The notes under the pieces are model-generated. The model did no database searches. It saw only the letters and a program-made list of their open reading frames with translations, and was not told the origin of the DNA. The position numbers and the translations under genes are program-made. From Acidobacteriota bacterium (GTDB lineage: Bacteria; Acidobacteriota; Vicinamibacteria; Vicinamibacterales; CAVVIG01), in contig JAHFUJ010000001.1 in the NCBI GenBank assembly GCA_023265105.1, positions 15,243 to 79,242 on the forward strand: a DNA stretch of 64,000 nucleotides. Direction: 5' to 3'. Of the stretch, positions 16,832 to 26,283 are shown piece after piece. The first letter of the stretch is position 1, and every line of letters begins with the position of its first letter.

Positions 16832-17680
16832 ATGGAAGCAGTAACCAACGAATCATCACAACGATTGCTGGACAGGCGAAACGCTGAATTCTGGAATGAA
16901 CTGTGTGGGACTGGGCTGGCACAGGCCATTGGCATTACCGATGCCTCTCGGGAGAGCCTCCGCCATTTCGATGATGCCTACTTTGGGATGTACCCCTACC
17001 TGATGGATTATGTGACGCCGCACTCCCTGGACGGCAAGAAGCTGCTGGAAATAGGTCTCGGATACGGCACGCTCGGCCAGCGATTGGCTGAAAGAGGCGC
17101 AGATTATCATGGCCTCGACATTGCGCCGGGGCCGGTCATGATGATGCGCTACAGGCTGGAACAACTCGGCCGTCCGCCCAATGTCCTGGAAGGTTCCGCG
17201 CTCGACATGCCGTACGAGCCGGAAAGCTTCGATTATGTCTACTCGATTGGCTGCCTGCACCATACGGGCAATCTTCGCAAGGCGATTGAGGAAGTGTGTC
17301 GCATTCTGAAACCTGGCGGGCGCGCCATCGTGATGCTGTACAACCGCCACTCATTTAGACAGTTCATGCGGGTGACGCTGCCACGCTGGCGTGAGCGGTT
17401 GAAAGGGCGGCACAAAGCGACCCAGGCTGAAGAGGTTCGGGCCCTGTACGACACCAACTCCACGGGGGACGTGGCCCCCCACACCGACTACGTGACGCCT
17501 CGTGAAGTTCGCCGCCTATTCGCCGACTTTTCTCGCGTGAACATAGACATCCAAAACTTCGATGCCTTTTACCTGCCGTACCGGATCATGTTCATCCCGC
17601 GAGAAAAGTGTCTGAACAATATCGGCAGGGTGTTGGGATTGGATCTATACATTACGGCAACGAAGCACAGGGCGTCATGA
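16832..17680 (+). CDS. Class I SAM-dependent methyltransferase
   Basis: 'LLEIGLGYGTLGQRLAERGADYHGLDI', 'FDYVYSIGCLHHTGN' and 'LKPGGRAIVMLYN'. Confidence 0.8.
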   Translation: MEAVTNESSQRLLDRRNAEFWNELCGTGLAQAIGITDASRESLRHFDDAYFGMYPYLMDYVTPHSLDGKKLLEIGLGYGTLGQRLAERGADYHGLDIAPGPVMMMRYRLEQLGRPPNVLEGSALDMPYEPESFDYVYSIGCLHHTGNLRKAIEEVCRILKPGGRAIVMLYNRHSFRQFMRVTLPRWRERLKGRHKATQAEEVRALYDTNSTGDVAPHTDYVTPREVRRLFADFSRVNIDIQNFDAFYLPYRIMFIPREKCLNNIGRVLGLDLYITATKHRAS

Positions 17681-19782
17681 CGATCCCTCCGCCGACACCC
17701 TCGCTCCCGCCAGATCCTCCGCTCGATCTGCTTCGCCACGTCGACAGCGTGGTGATGCTGTTGCCGGCCAATGCCAGCCAGGCCGCTTCGGCCGCCTCCT
17801 GGGCGGAGTTCATCGCCAAGCGTATCCGCGTTGTTCTGGTGACTCTCTGTGGGCCGGGCATGGACGAACCGAAACCGGTGGTCGAAGGCCGGTTGATTCA
17901 CCTCGCGCTACCGACGTCAACGGCGACCGATCGAAGCGCTTGCCTCAATCGAACGCTGCGCAAGCTCGGCCTGGTGAGACCGTTGCTCTGGCTCGAAGAC
18001 CCTACGCACGCTCTGTGGTTTTGTACGTGCTATGCACCATTCAAGGTCGTCGTGTTGCGGAATCATGACGTTCAATCGCTTCACCAATGTCTTTCGCAGG
18101 CTGACGCGATTCTCATCTCAAATCCGGCGGTGAGCAGTGACGATCTGCTTCCGGCGCTACGTGAGCGTTGCCGAGTTCTTCCAGCGCAGCCGACCGAATC
18201 GCACATCACAGAGTTCTGCCAACTGACGAGCCAATCCATGATGAGCCGGCCACCCGCTGGTTCACGGCTCAATATCGCCATTCTCTACGACCATTCCTAC
18301 ACCTTCACCAACACCGTCCGTGAATATTTGGAGTCCTTCGCGCTCTATTCACGCCACCGCGCGTTTTATGTGCCGGCCTCGATTTATCATCCCAATCCAC
18401 CAATGCAAGTGGATCTGTCGATGTTCGACGTCATCATCATCCATTATTCCATTCGCCTGTGCTTCGACACGCTCCTGCCGGTCTATGCTCGGGCGCTGGT
18501 GAACTTCGGCGGCCTGAAGGCCTGCTTCATTCAGGACGAATATGACTACACCGAGATCACCCGTCAGGCGATCGATCGTTTCGGTCTGCACATTGTATTC
18601 ACCTGCGTCCCTGAAGCATACCGCGACCGAATCTATCCTCAGGATCGCTTTCCGAATGTTGATTTCATCCAAGTGCTCACGGGCTATGTGCCCTTGGACC
18701 TGGAAACGCCGAGACGCCACAAGCCATTCAAGGAACGCCGGTTCGTCATTGGCTACCGCGGGCGCTCGCTGCCAGCCTGGTATGGCGATCTGAGCCGTGA
18801 AAAACTTCTGATCGGCACACGTGTCCGTGATGCCTGCAAGGCGCGTGAGATCCCGGTAGACATTGAATGGGATGAAGACCATCGTATCTACGGAGAACAC
18901 TGGTACGAGTTCATGCAGAACTGCCGGGCCACGCTGGGAACGGAGAGCGGTTCCAACGTGTTCGATGACCACGGCGACATTCGTCAGGCCATCCAGCGCG
19001 CCGTGCGGAGAGATCCTGATCTCAGTTACGAGACCATTCATGCACGATTCCTCGCAGGACACGATGGCCCGGTTCAGATGAATCAAGTATCACCTCGAAT
19101 CTTCGAGGCCATTGCCCTGCGCACCGCTCTGGTACTGTTCGAGGGAGAGTACTCCGGCGTTATCGCAGCGGAGCAGCATTACATACCGTTGAAAAAGGAC
19201 CTCAGTAACCTCGACGAAGTATTGCAGCGGCTGGCGGACGACACCTACCTCGAAGGTCTGACGACGCGCGCCTGGGAGGACATCGTTGGATCCGGTCGCT
19301 ACAGCTACCGCTCGTTCATCAACCGGATCGACGAAGCCATTGACCGGCAGAGTTATCGGGGCACTGGAACAACCCTGTTGACCGGTGTGGTCGCGTCCCG
19401 CGCCGCAGAGCAACGCCAATGGCAGTGGCTGGCGACGGATCGGGCGCTGGCGACGTTTTCCGCGTTCACGACGAGCCTGATTGACTCCGAACAGACGCCT
19501 CCTTCCGCTGTACCTGTCGCCGGTGATGCTCGAGGTGCGGCAGTAGAAAAGAAGGCGCCCGCATTGCACCCGCAGAATGCGCTGCAGGCACTCAAATGGC
19601 GGATCGCCGATGTTCTGTATCCCTACAGTGCAGTGTATCTGTCGATCAGAACCATGTACCGAAGCGCTCGTTTCGTTCTCCGCCAAGTTCACCCCGGATA
19701 TCGTGGGCTATCGGCGCGGTCCGAACCCGCCAGAGAAGCGGAGCGATCGGCCGACATGCGAATACGGAATGTCAGACGCTGA
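17677..19782 (+). CDS. Large hypothetical protein with a C-terminal CgeB/Glyco_trans_1_2-like region
   Basis: ATG 17677 overlaps the upstream stop (ATGA). 'RATLGTESGSNVFD' and 'SPRIFEAIALRTALVLFEGEYSGVI' resemble the GT-B C-terminal half of CgeB-type proteins (from memory). I did not recognise the N-terminal ~400 aa. Confidence 0.5.
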   Translation: MTIPPPTPSLPPDPPLDLLRHVDSVVMLLPANASQAASAASWAEFIAKRIRVVLVTLCGPGMDEPKPVVEGRLIHLALPTSTATDRSACLNRTLRKLGLVRPLLWLEDPTHALWFCTCYAPFKVVVLRNHDVQSLHQCLSQADAILISNPAVSSDDLLPALRERCRVLPAQPTESHITEFCQLTSQSMMSRPPAGSRLNIAILYDHSYTFTNTVREYLESFALYSRHRAFYVPASIYHPNPPMQVDLSMFDVIIIHYSIRLCFDTLLPVYARALVNFGGLKACFIQDEYDYTEITRQAIDRFGLHIVFTCVPEAYRDRIYPQDRFPNVDFIQVLTGYVPLDLETPRRHKPFKERRFVIGYRGRSLPAWYGDLSREKLLIGTRVRDACKAREIPVDIEWDEDHRIYGEHWYEFMQNCRATLGTESGSNVFDDHGDIRQAIQRAVRRDPDLSYETIHARFLAGHDGPVQMNQVSPRIFEAIALRTALVLFEGEYSGVIAAEQHYIPLKKDLSNLDEVLQRLADDTYLEGLTTRAWEDIVGSGRYSYRSFINRIDEAIDRQSYRGTGTTLLTGVVASRAAEQRQWQWLATDRALATFSAFTTSLIDSEQTPPSAVPVAGDARGAAVEKKAPALHPQNALQALKWRIADVLYPYSAVYLSIRTMYRSARFVLRQVHPGYRGLSARSEPAREAERSADMRIRNVRR

Positions 19783-19818
19783 AATGAACCTCTTGGTTCA
19801 GAAGCGAGGATCGGAAGA

Positions 19819-21753
19819 ATGTGTGGCATCGCGGGTATCCTAGGTACCCATCTCGAATACATCCCCGACCTCGATCCCAAGCTGGCCGTCATGCAGGCCC
19901 TGCTTCGCCACCGCGGGCCTGACGGCGCAGGGATCTGGAAGCATCCCAATGGCCACGTCGGCTTCGCTCACCAGCGCTTGAGCATCATCGACCTCTCGCC
20001 GGCCGGCGCACAACCCATGACCGACAGTGCCGGCAACTGGATTACGTATAACGGAGAGATCTACAACTACGTCGAATTGCGCGAGGAGCTCGGACCGGAC
20101 AATTTCACCGGCAATTCTGATACCGAAGTGATCTTGTGCGCGTGGCGGCGCTGGGGGCGTGAGTGCGTCAGTCATTTTCGCGGGATGTTCGCGTTCGCGT
20201 TGTGGGACGAGCGCTCTCGAACGCTGTTTTGCGCGCGCGATCGATTCGGGATCAAGCCCCTCTATTACACACTGGCCGGCGGCACGTTTTACTTTGCCTC
20301 CGAGATCAAAGCCCTGCTGCCGTTTGTGGATTCGATCGACACCGATCTGGAAAGCTTCAGTGAATACCTGACCTTCCAGTTCTGTCTGGCAGGCAAAACG
20401 CTCTTCAAGGGCATTTGCGAATTATTGCCGGCGCATACTCTGCGAATAGCGAACGGAACGCTGGAAACCGGGCGGTACTGGGAAGTCTATTATGAGTTGG
20501 ACTTCAGTCACACTGCCAGGTATTTCAAAGAGCGCCTGCAGGAGTTGCTGGCCGATTCAGTGCGGATACATCTGCGCAGCGATGTGCCGGTCGGCGCCTA
20601 TGTCAGCGGGGGGCTGGATTCAAGCGTGGTCGCAGCACTCGCCCGACCGCATACCAAGGGAGTGTTCTTGGGATTTAACGGAAAGTTCTCCGTTGGGTCG
20701 GAATATGATGAAAGCCATTATGCTCGCGGACTGGCTGAGAGAGCGGGCATGGAATTGCTGGAAGTCGACATCTCGTCCGCAGATTTCATCAAGTATTTCC
20801 GGCGCGTGATTTACCACCTAGATTACCCGGTGGCCGGTCCAGGCTCCTTCCCGCAATATATGGTGTCGCAGCTTGCCGCACGACATCGCAAGGTCGTACT
20901 CGGCGGGCAGGGCGGCGATGAGGTGTTCGGCGGCTATACGCGGTATCTGATCGCCTACTTTGAGCAGTGTATCAAAGCCGCCATAGATGGGACGATGAAT
21001 GATGGAAACTTCGTGGTTACGTACGAGTCCATCATTCCAAACCTGACGGCCCTGCGCAACTACAAGCCGTTGTTGCAGGAGTTCTGGCGGGAAGGTTTGT
21101 TCGAAGACATGGATCGCCGGTACTTCAGGCTGATCGATCGAGCGCCACACCTGGCCGACGAAATTCGCTGGGAGGCCCTCGGCGACTATTCGCCGTTCGA
21201 CACGTTCCGCCGTGTATTCAACAGCGACAATGTCGGCAAGCAATCGTACTTCGACTTGATGACACACTTCGATTTCAAAACGCTGCTGCCGGCGTTATTG
21301 CAAGTGGAAGACCGCATGAGTATGGCGCACGGGCTGGAATCGCGCGTCCCATTGCTGGATCATTCGCTGGTTGAGTTCGTCGCGACTATTCCCGCTGACG
21401 TGAAGTTCCGGAGCGGAGCGATGAAGCAGGTGTTCAAGGATGCCGCGCAACCGTATCTGCCCGACGTGATCATCAATCGAACGGACAAAATGGGCTTCCC
21501 GACCCCATGGACCGAATGGTTGAAGGGAGAGGTCCGCGACTTCGTGCTCGACACGTTGACGAGCGGTCGGGCACTGGAGCGCGACCTGATTGACAATCGC
21601 CGAGTGGTACAGCAAATCGAAAGCGAGTCCAAATTCGGCCGTAACATTTGGGGCCTGTTCTGTCTGGAAGTGTGGCAGCAGGAATTTCAGGACAAGGCGG
21701 CGGAGTTCAAACAGCAAGTCCAGTTGTCTCCTGAGAACGCCGAGTCGAGGTGA
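19819..21753 (+). CDS. Asparagine synthase (glutamine-hydrolysing) family amidotransferase, copy 1
   Basis: N-terminal nucleophile 'MCGIAGI', 'HRGPDG', 'RLSIIDLS..G.QPM', 'YNGEIYN' and the PP-loop 'GAYVSGGLDSS'. Confidence 0.9.
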   Translation: MCGIAGILGTHLEYIPDLDPKLAVMQALLRHRGPDGAGIWKHPNGHVGFAHQRLSIIDLSPAGAQPMTDSAGNWITYNGEIYNYVELREELGPDNFTGNSDTEVILCAWRRWGRECVSHFRGMFAFALWDERSRTLFCARDRFGIKPLYYTLAGGTFYFASEIKALLPFVDSIDTDLESFSEYLTFQFCLAGKTLFKGICELLPAHTLRIANGTLETGRYWEVYYELDFSHTARYFKERLQELLADSVRIHLRSDVPVGAYVSGGLDSSVVAALARPHTKGVFLGFNGKFSVGSEYDESHYARGLAERAGMELLEVDISSADFIKYFRRVIYHLDYPVAGPGSFPQYMVSQLAARHRKVVLGGQGGDEVFGGYTRYLIAYFEQCIKAAIDGTMNDGNFVVTYESIIPNLTALRNYKPLLQEFWREGLFEDMDRRYFRLIDRAPHLADEIRWEALGDYSPFDTFRRVFNSDNVGKQSYFDLMTHFDFKTLLPALLQVEDRMSMAHGLESRVPLLDHSLVEFVATIPADVKFRSGAMKQVFKDAAQPYLPDVIINRTDKMGFPTPWTEWLKGEVRDFVLDTLTSGRALERDLIDNRRVVQQIESESKFGRNIWGLFCLEVWQQEFQDKAAEFKQQVQLSPENAESR

Positions 21754-21756
21754 ATC

Positions 21757-22704
21757 GTGAAAAAAGTTCTCGTAACCGGTGGAGCGGGCTTCATCGGCTC
21801 CCATATCACCGACGGCCTCGTGGCGCGAGGTGACAGTGTGCTCGTGATTGACAATTACGCAACGGGCCGCCGCGATAATCTTCAGGCGCACGATAATTTG
21901 AGGGCGATCGAAGGCAGCGTTGCCGATACCGGCCTGGTGAACAGGCTGTTCGACGATTTCAGGCCGGAGTGTGTGGTCCACGCGGCGGCATCGTACAAGG
22001 ATCCTCATGCCTGGGCCGAAGATGCGCTGACCAATGTTCTAGGAACGGTCAATGTCGCTCAGGCCTGTGAGCGCACGAAGGTGGCTCGCTTGATCTATTT
22101 TCAGACGGCGCTCTGCTATGGCTTGCATCCGCTGGAACAGCCGATCACGCTCGATCATCCGCTGAGACCCTATGAGAGCAGCTACGCCATCAGCAAGACT
22201 GCAGGTGAAAACTATATCAGCCTGGGGAGTGTGGATTTCATCTCGTTTCGGCTGGCGAACGCCTATGGCCCGCGAAACATGAGTGGGCCCTTACCGACAT
22301 TCTTCCAGCGTCTGACCGCGGGCAAGAAATGTTTCGTCATGGATACGCGCCGCGATTTCATTTATGTGGGCGATCTGGTCGATGTGGTCTTGAAGGCTCT
22401 CGACGGAGTCGGCCGACGTGGGCCGTACCATATCTCCTCAGGGAGCGATTCTTCGATCGCGGAGCTGTTCGACGAAACAGTGAAGGCGCTGGACATCGGA
22501 CTCGACGAGCCGGTTGAGGTGCGCGAACGCAATCGCGATGACGCATTCACGATTCTGCTCGATCCGTCCAGGACGAATCTGGACTTCGCTTGGGAGGTTG
22601 CCACGCCGCTGAGCTCGGGCATTCGAGCGGCCGTCCGGTATTACCAGCAGTTCGGCATTGCTGAAACCTATACGCATCTCGGACCGCTCGACGCACGGCA
22701 TTGA
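21757..22704 (+). CDS. NAD-dependent epimerase/dehydratase (extended SDR)
   Basis: 'VLVTGGAGFIGSH' and the catalytic 'YAISK'. GTG start at 21757. Confidence 0.85.
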   Translation: MKKVLVTGGAGFIGSHITDGLVARGDSVLVIDNYATGRRDNLQAHDNLRAIEGSVADTGLVNRLFDDFRPECVVHAAASYKDPHAWAEDALTNVLGTVNVAQACERTKVARLIYFQTALCYGLHPLEQPITLDHPLRPYESSYAISKTAGENYISLGSVDFISFRLANAYGPRNMSGPLPTFFQRLTAGKKCFVMDTRRDFIYVGDLVDVVLKALDGVGRRGPYHISSGSDSSIAELFDETVKALDIGLDEPVEVRERNRDDAFTILLDPSRTNLDFAWEVATPLSSGIRAAVRYYQQFGIAETYTHLGPLDARH

Positions 22705-23747
22705 CCGAACTCGAAAACTGTTCCGTTCTGGTCGTCGGCGGAGCAGGATTCGTCGGCAGTAATCTCGTGCGCCGGCTCCTGAGGGCCAGGGTCGCCAAAG
22801 TACAGATCGTCGACAACCTGCTTTCAGCCGAACGAGTCAACGTTCCGGATGACGCACGCGTGCTGTTCACCGAAGGCTCCATTGCCGATGACCGTGTCTT
22901 GTCGCAAGTAGCCGACGAACATGAGTATGTCTTTCAACTCGCCACGTATCACGGCAATCAAAGCTCCATTCAGAACCCATTGGCGGATCACGAACACAGT
23001 CAGCTGACGACGTTGAAGTTGTTCGAGCACACGAAAACCTTTCGACGCGTGAAGAAGCTGGTGTATGCCGGGGCGGGATGTGCCGTGGCCGAGAAGACCT
23101 TCGATCGAGCACTGGCGACTTCAGAAGACGCGCCGGTGTCGTTGCAGATGGATAGCCCATATTCGATTTCCAAGATTGTGGGTGAATTCTACGCCGTGTA
23201 TTACTTCAACCGCCACGCGTTGCCGACAGTACGCGCGAGATTTCAGAACGTGTATGGCCCGGGCGAGATACTCGGCGCCGGACAATGGCGAGGCACGCCC
23301 GCGACAGTGTGGCGGAATGTTATTCCAACCTTCATCTACAAGGCTCTTAAGGTGCAAGCCCTGCAGCTGGAAGGCGGTGGAGTGACGAGCCGCGACTTCA
23401 TCTATGTCGAAGACATCGTGCGAGGCTTGATGTCGTGCGCGACGCATGGCAAGCCCGGTGAGGTTTATAATCTCGCCAGCGGCGTCGAAACAAGCATCCG
23501 GCAATTGGCGGAGCAGATCACCAAGCTGACTGGCAGTTCGGCTCCGCTCGACATTCGCCCGCGACGCGACTGGGATCGTTCCGGCAAACGTCTCGGCAGC
23601 ACCGAGAAAGCGCGGCTCGAGCTTGGTTTTGAGGCGGAGATCAGACTGAGTGACGGTCTGGCCAGGACAGTGGAATGGACGAAGGAGAATTTGAGTCTAA
23701 TCGACAGCTGTATCGCAAAGCATGACCAAAGCATGCGACTCTGCTAG
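22701..23747 (+). CDS. NAD-dependent epimerase/dehydratase (extended SDR)
   Basis: 'VLVVGGAGFVGSNLV' and the catalytic 'YSISK'. TTG 22701 overlaps the upstream stop; the start is uncertain. Confidence 0.8.
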   Translation: MTELENCSVLVVGGAGFVGSNLVRRLLRARVAKVQIVDNLLSAERVNVPDDARVLFTEGSIADDRVLSQVADEHEYVFQLATYHGNQSSIQNPLADHEHSQLTTLKLFEHTKTFRRVKKLVYAGAGCAVAEKTFDRALATSEDAPVSLQMDSPYSISKIVGEFYAVYYFNRHALPTVRARFQNVYGPGEILGAGQWRGTPATVWRNVIPTFIYKALKVQALQLEGGGVTSRDFIYVEDIVRGLMSCATHGKPGEVYNLASGVETSIRQLAEQITKLTGSSAPLDIRPRRDWDRSGKRLGSTEKARLELGFEAEIRLSDGLARTVEWTKENLSLIDSCIAKHDQSMRLC

Positions 23748-24055
23748 CGATTCCGGCCGCGGTGATGACCAAGGCGCCGATCGTCGGACTACGGTCCAAT
23801 CAGCAAGGCCGGGACACGCTCCCCGAGTACACTGACCTCGACGCCAAGCTCGCGGGGCTGGGGGAGCAGGGGCGCTGCGTCGACGAGAGGGCGCGCGACT
23901 GGCATCGTCGCGACATCGTGTTCCGGACCGAGAACATGCTCTTTGGGCCCCGCTACACACGTCGTCGCGGCGCCCCGCCTGGCGTGAAGACTTCCAGCCG
24001 AAGCGTCGGCCGCGATCGGTGGTATCCAATCACGAACCAGTTCCGAGAGCGTTGA
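23748..24055 (+). pseudogene. nadE: Orphan 3' fragment of a nadE gene (last ~97 codons only)
   Basis: The translation MMTKAPIVGLRSNQQGRDTLPEYTDLD...APPGVKTSSRSVGRDRWYPITNQFRER aligns with NadE residues encoded at 8755..9045. Identity is ~60% by hand alignment, with one codon indel. DNA homology starts at 'gattccggcc' (23748 versus 8742). No upstream nadE sequence is present. Confidence 0.8.
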
Positions 24056-24969
24056 TGGCAGCAGGCGTGAGGCCCTCGTCGCTCCACTTTCGTCTGGGTT
24101 CCGGCGATGCGGAGCGTGATCGGATTCACGCGTTCGTCCGGGCACTGTCCGATCGACATATTCACGTGCTCGACTTGCCGTACCGGCTGGCATCGCCGGC
24201 GTACGGCTCGAGCGAAGCCGCCCTCTGGGAAACAGATCAGCGTGAACTCGCAGCGTTTGCGGTGTGGCAGCCCGCGTTCAAGATGCTCGACTACGGGATG
24301 GATCCCCGTCACGGCGTCACCCAGCTGGGTGACGGCTTGATCGATTGGATCGAGTCCTGGTTCGGGCAGCAAGCGCAGGCCCGCGTGGGGCCTCTGACGT
24401 GCTGGCTCAAGGTCGGGGCGGCGAATTGCGATCTCATTCCGCTGCTCGAGAGGCGCGGATTCAGCCGCTGCCCGTGGTCCATCGTGCACCTGGAGCGGCC
24501 CCTTGGCGCCGGCGCCCGTCCGGAGCTGCCTCCAGGGTTTTCGATTCGCTCCAGCTCCCACGTTTCGGCCGAGTCGTGGGCAGAGCTCCATCGAGCGGTC
24601 TTTCCGCGCATCGGTATGAGCGCCGAGTGGCGGCTCGGCATCACGCGATCGCACGGGTACTGCGGCAACCTGGATTTGATCGTGGTGTCTGCTGACGAAC
24701 CGGCGGTAGCGTTCTGCTGCGCGTGGGCAGGCCACCTGCAGAGCGAGCGGGTCGGAGAGATCGAGCCGCTCGGCGCCCACCCCGACTTCCGCGGAAAGCG
24801 CCTGGGCCGGGCCGTTCTCCAGGAAGTCATGCGCCGTATGGCCGCCGAGGGCGTGGCCCGTGTGTTCGTCGAGCCCTGGGACGACAACGTCGGCGCCGTG
24901 CATGCCTATGAGTCGCTGGGCTTCAGGCCGACCTTCAAGATCCCGACGTTCGCGAAACGGTACTCGTGA
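24055..24969 (+). CDS. GNAT family N-acetyltransferase (two-lobed)
   Basis: The acetyl-CoA motif A region is 'EIEPLGAHPDFRGKRLGRAVLQEVMRRMAAEG' followed by 'AYESLGFRP'. ATG 24055 overlaps the stop of the nadE fragment (TGATG). Confidence 0.75.
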   Translation: MAAGVRPSSLHFRLGSGDAERDRIHAFVRALSDRHIHVLDLPYRLASPAYGSSEAALWETDQRELAAFAVWQPAFKMLDYGMDPRHGVTQLGDGLIDWIESWFGQQAQARVGPLTCWLKVGAANCDLIPLLERRGFSRCPWSIVHLERPLGAGARPELPPGFSIRSSSHVSAESWAELHRAVFPRIGMSAEWRLGITRSHGYCGNLDLIVVSADEPAVAFCCAWAGHLQSERVGEIEPLGAHPDFRGKRLGRAVLQEVMRRMAAEGVARVFVEPWDDNVGAVHAYESLGFRPTFKIPTFAKRYS

Positions 24970-26168
24970 GAACTGAAGGAGATCTCGAGCGGTTCTTCGA
25001 GCGGCTCGCTGCGAAGTGGCACGAGGTTCCCGCGTCTCGCCTGGAGCGGACGTCGACGCGCGTGCTGGTGTCTGCCACCGACGAGGACGCGTTGGCGGCG
25101 TGGGAGCGTGCCCGCGCCGACACGTCGGACGGCATACGCGGGCTGAGGCTTCGCGGCTGGTTTCACGCCGTGTACGGCCCATGGGCCGCAGGTAAGAAGA
25201 TCTTGGAAGTCGGACCCGGTCTAGGAATCGACGGCGTGGCATTGGCGTGCGCCGGCGCCACGATGACATTCGTTGACGTCAGTTCCACGAATCTCGAACT
25301 GGTCCTACGGGTGTTCTCGCTCAAGGGGCTCGGCCGCCCTGAGTCGCTCCACCTCCAGCGTGTCCGGCAGCTGGATGAACTCGCCACGGACTACGACGCA
25401 GTCATGGCGTTCGGATCGCTCCACCACATCCCGGCTGACACCGGCAGGCCCGAGTTCGAGGCGCTCGCACGGCGCCTCAAGCCAGGTGGCCGATTCATCA
25501 TGCACGCGTATCCGTTCCAGCGCTGGATCGATGAAGGTCAGCTGCCGTTCGACCGTTGGGGCGAGAAAACCGACGGCGCCGGCACGCCGTGGGCAGAGTG
25601 GTATGACGCGGACAAGCTCATCGAGCAACTACGGCCCACGGTGTTCGCGTCCGTGTTGTACTGCGAGTACCGAGACGGTGCCATGAACTGCATCGACTTG
25701 ATCAAGGTCGACGGTGTTCCCGGACTCCAGCAGCCGGCTGCGGGCGCCTCAGCAATTGCCCGAGCGATCGACGTCGCCGCCCTCTCCGTACAGCCAGGGT
25801 GGAGGGCCGTGGCGACGGTTGATGGCAGCGGATCAGTACTCGTGACCACGCCGGAGGAGCCATGGGCGTACGCGGCCACCGTGCCCGTCCATGTGGATCG
25901 AATACCGGCAGATCACACGCGAGGAGTTGTCAGAGTGCGCGCAACGGTGCGTGGTGGCCGTGTCGGTTTCGGGATCCCGGCCGGGAACGGCGCCGCGTTC
26001 GTCACCGAGGAATATCTGGCACGCGACCGTCACGAGCACGAGCAGGAATGCTTTCTGGAATTCGACTTGGCGGCCAACCCTGCGGCGCTCATGATCGTTC
26101 GCAACGCGTCGCCCTCGGCTGGGCGTTCGCAGGTGGTCGTACACTCTCTGGACCTGTTCTCCCTTTAG
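24966..26168 (+). CDS. Class I SAM-dependent methyltransferase with a C-terminal beta-rich module
   Basis: 'ILEVGPGLGIDGVALACAGATMTFVDVS', 'YDAVMAFGSLHHI' and 'LKPGGRFIMHAY'. The C-terminal ~110 aa share the motif 'LMIVRNASPSAGRSQVVVHSL' with three other proteins. Confidence 0.7.
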   Translation: MRTEGDLERFFERLAAKWHEVPASRLERTSTRVLVSATDEDALAAWERARADTSDGIRGLRLRGWFHAVYGPWAAGKKILEVGPGLGIDGVALACAGATMTFVDVSSTNLELVLRVFSLKGLGRPESLHLQRVRQLDELATDYDAVMAFGSLHHIPADTGRPEFEALARRLKPGGRFIMHAYPFQRWIDEGQLPFDRWGEKTDGAGTPWAEWYDADKLIEQLRPTVFASVLYCEYRDGAMNCIDLIKVDGVPGLQQPAAGASAIARAIDVAALSVQPGWRAVATVDGSGSVLVTTPEEPWAYAATVPVHVDRIPADHTRGVVRVRATVRGGRVGFGIPAGNGAAFVTEEYLARDRHEHEQECFLEFDLAANPAALMIVRNASPSAGRSQVVVHSLDLFSL

Positions 26169-26283
26169 TACATGCCGCCGTTTCCTCCAGGGCCCCGCGC
26201 CGGATGTCACAGGTCGAAGAGCGGACAGAGCGGGCAAAGGACGATCTCGGGCCGGGCTCCGGGTGGCAGAACGAGGAATCCGC

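Larger units (their letters stand above)
9046..23747. other. Putative horizontally acquired 14.7-kb glycan-module island bracketed by the nadE 3' end and a diverged copy of it; no recombinase found
   Basis: Composition is visibly AT-richer than both flanks, for example 11.8-12.1 kb. The supplied track shows far fewer long shadow ORFs here. Limits are the nadE stop (9045) and the start of nadE-3' homology (23748). Confidence 0.5.

Noticed and set aside
9046..23747. Calling the AT-richer block an integrative mobile element (ICE, prophage or integron-like).
   Set aside because: I found no integrase, recombinase, transposase, tRNA or clear terminal direct repeats by eye. Only the duplicated nadE 3' end and the composition support foreign origin, so it is reported as a putative island, not a mobile element.
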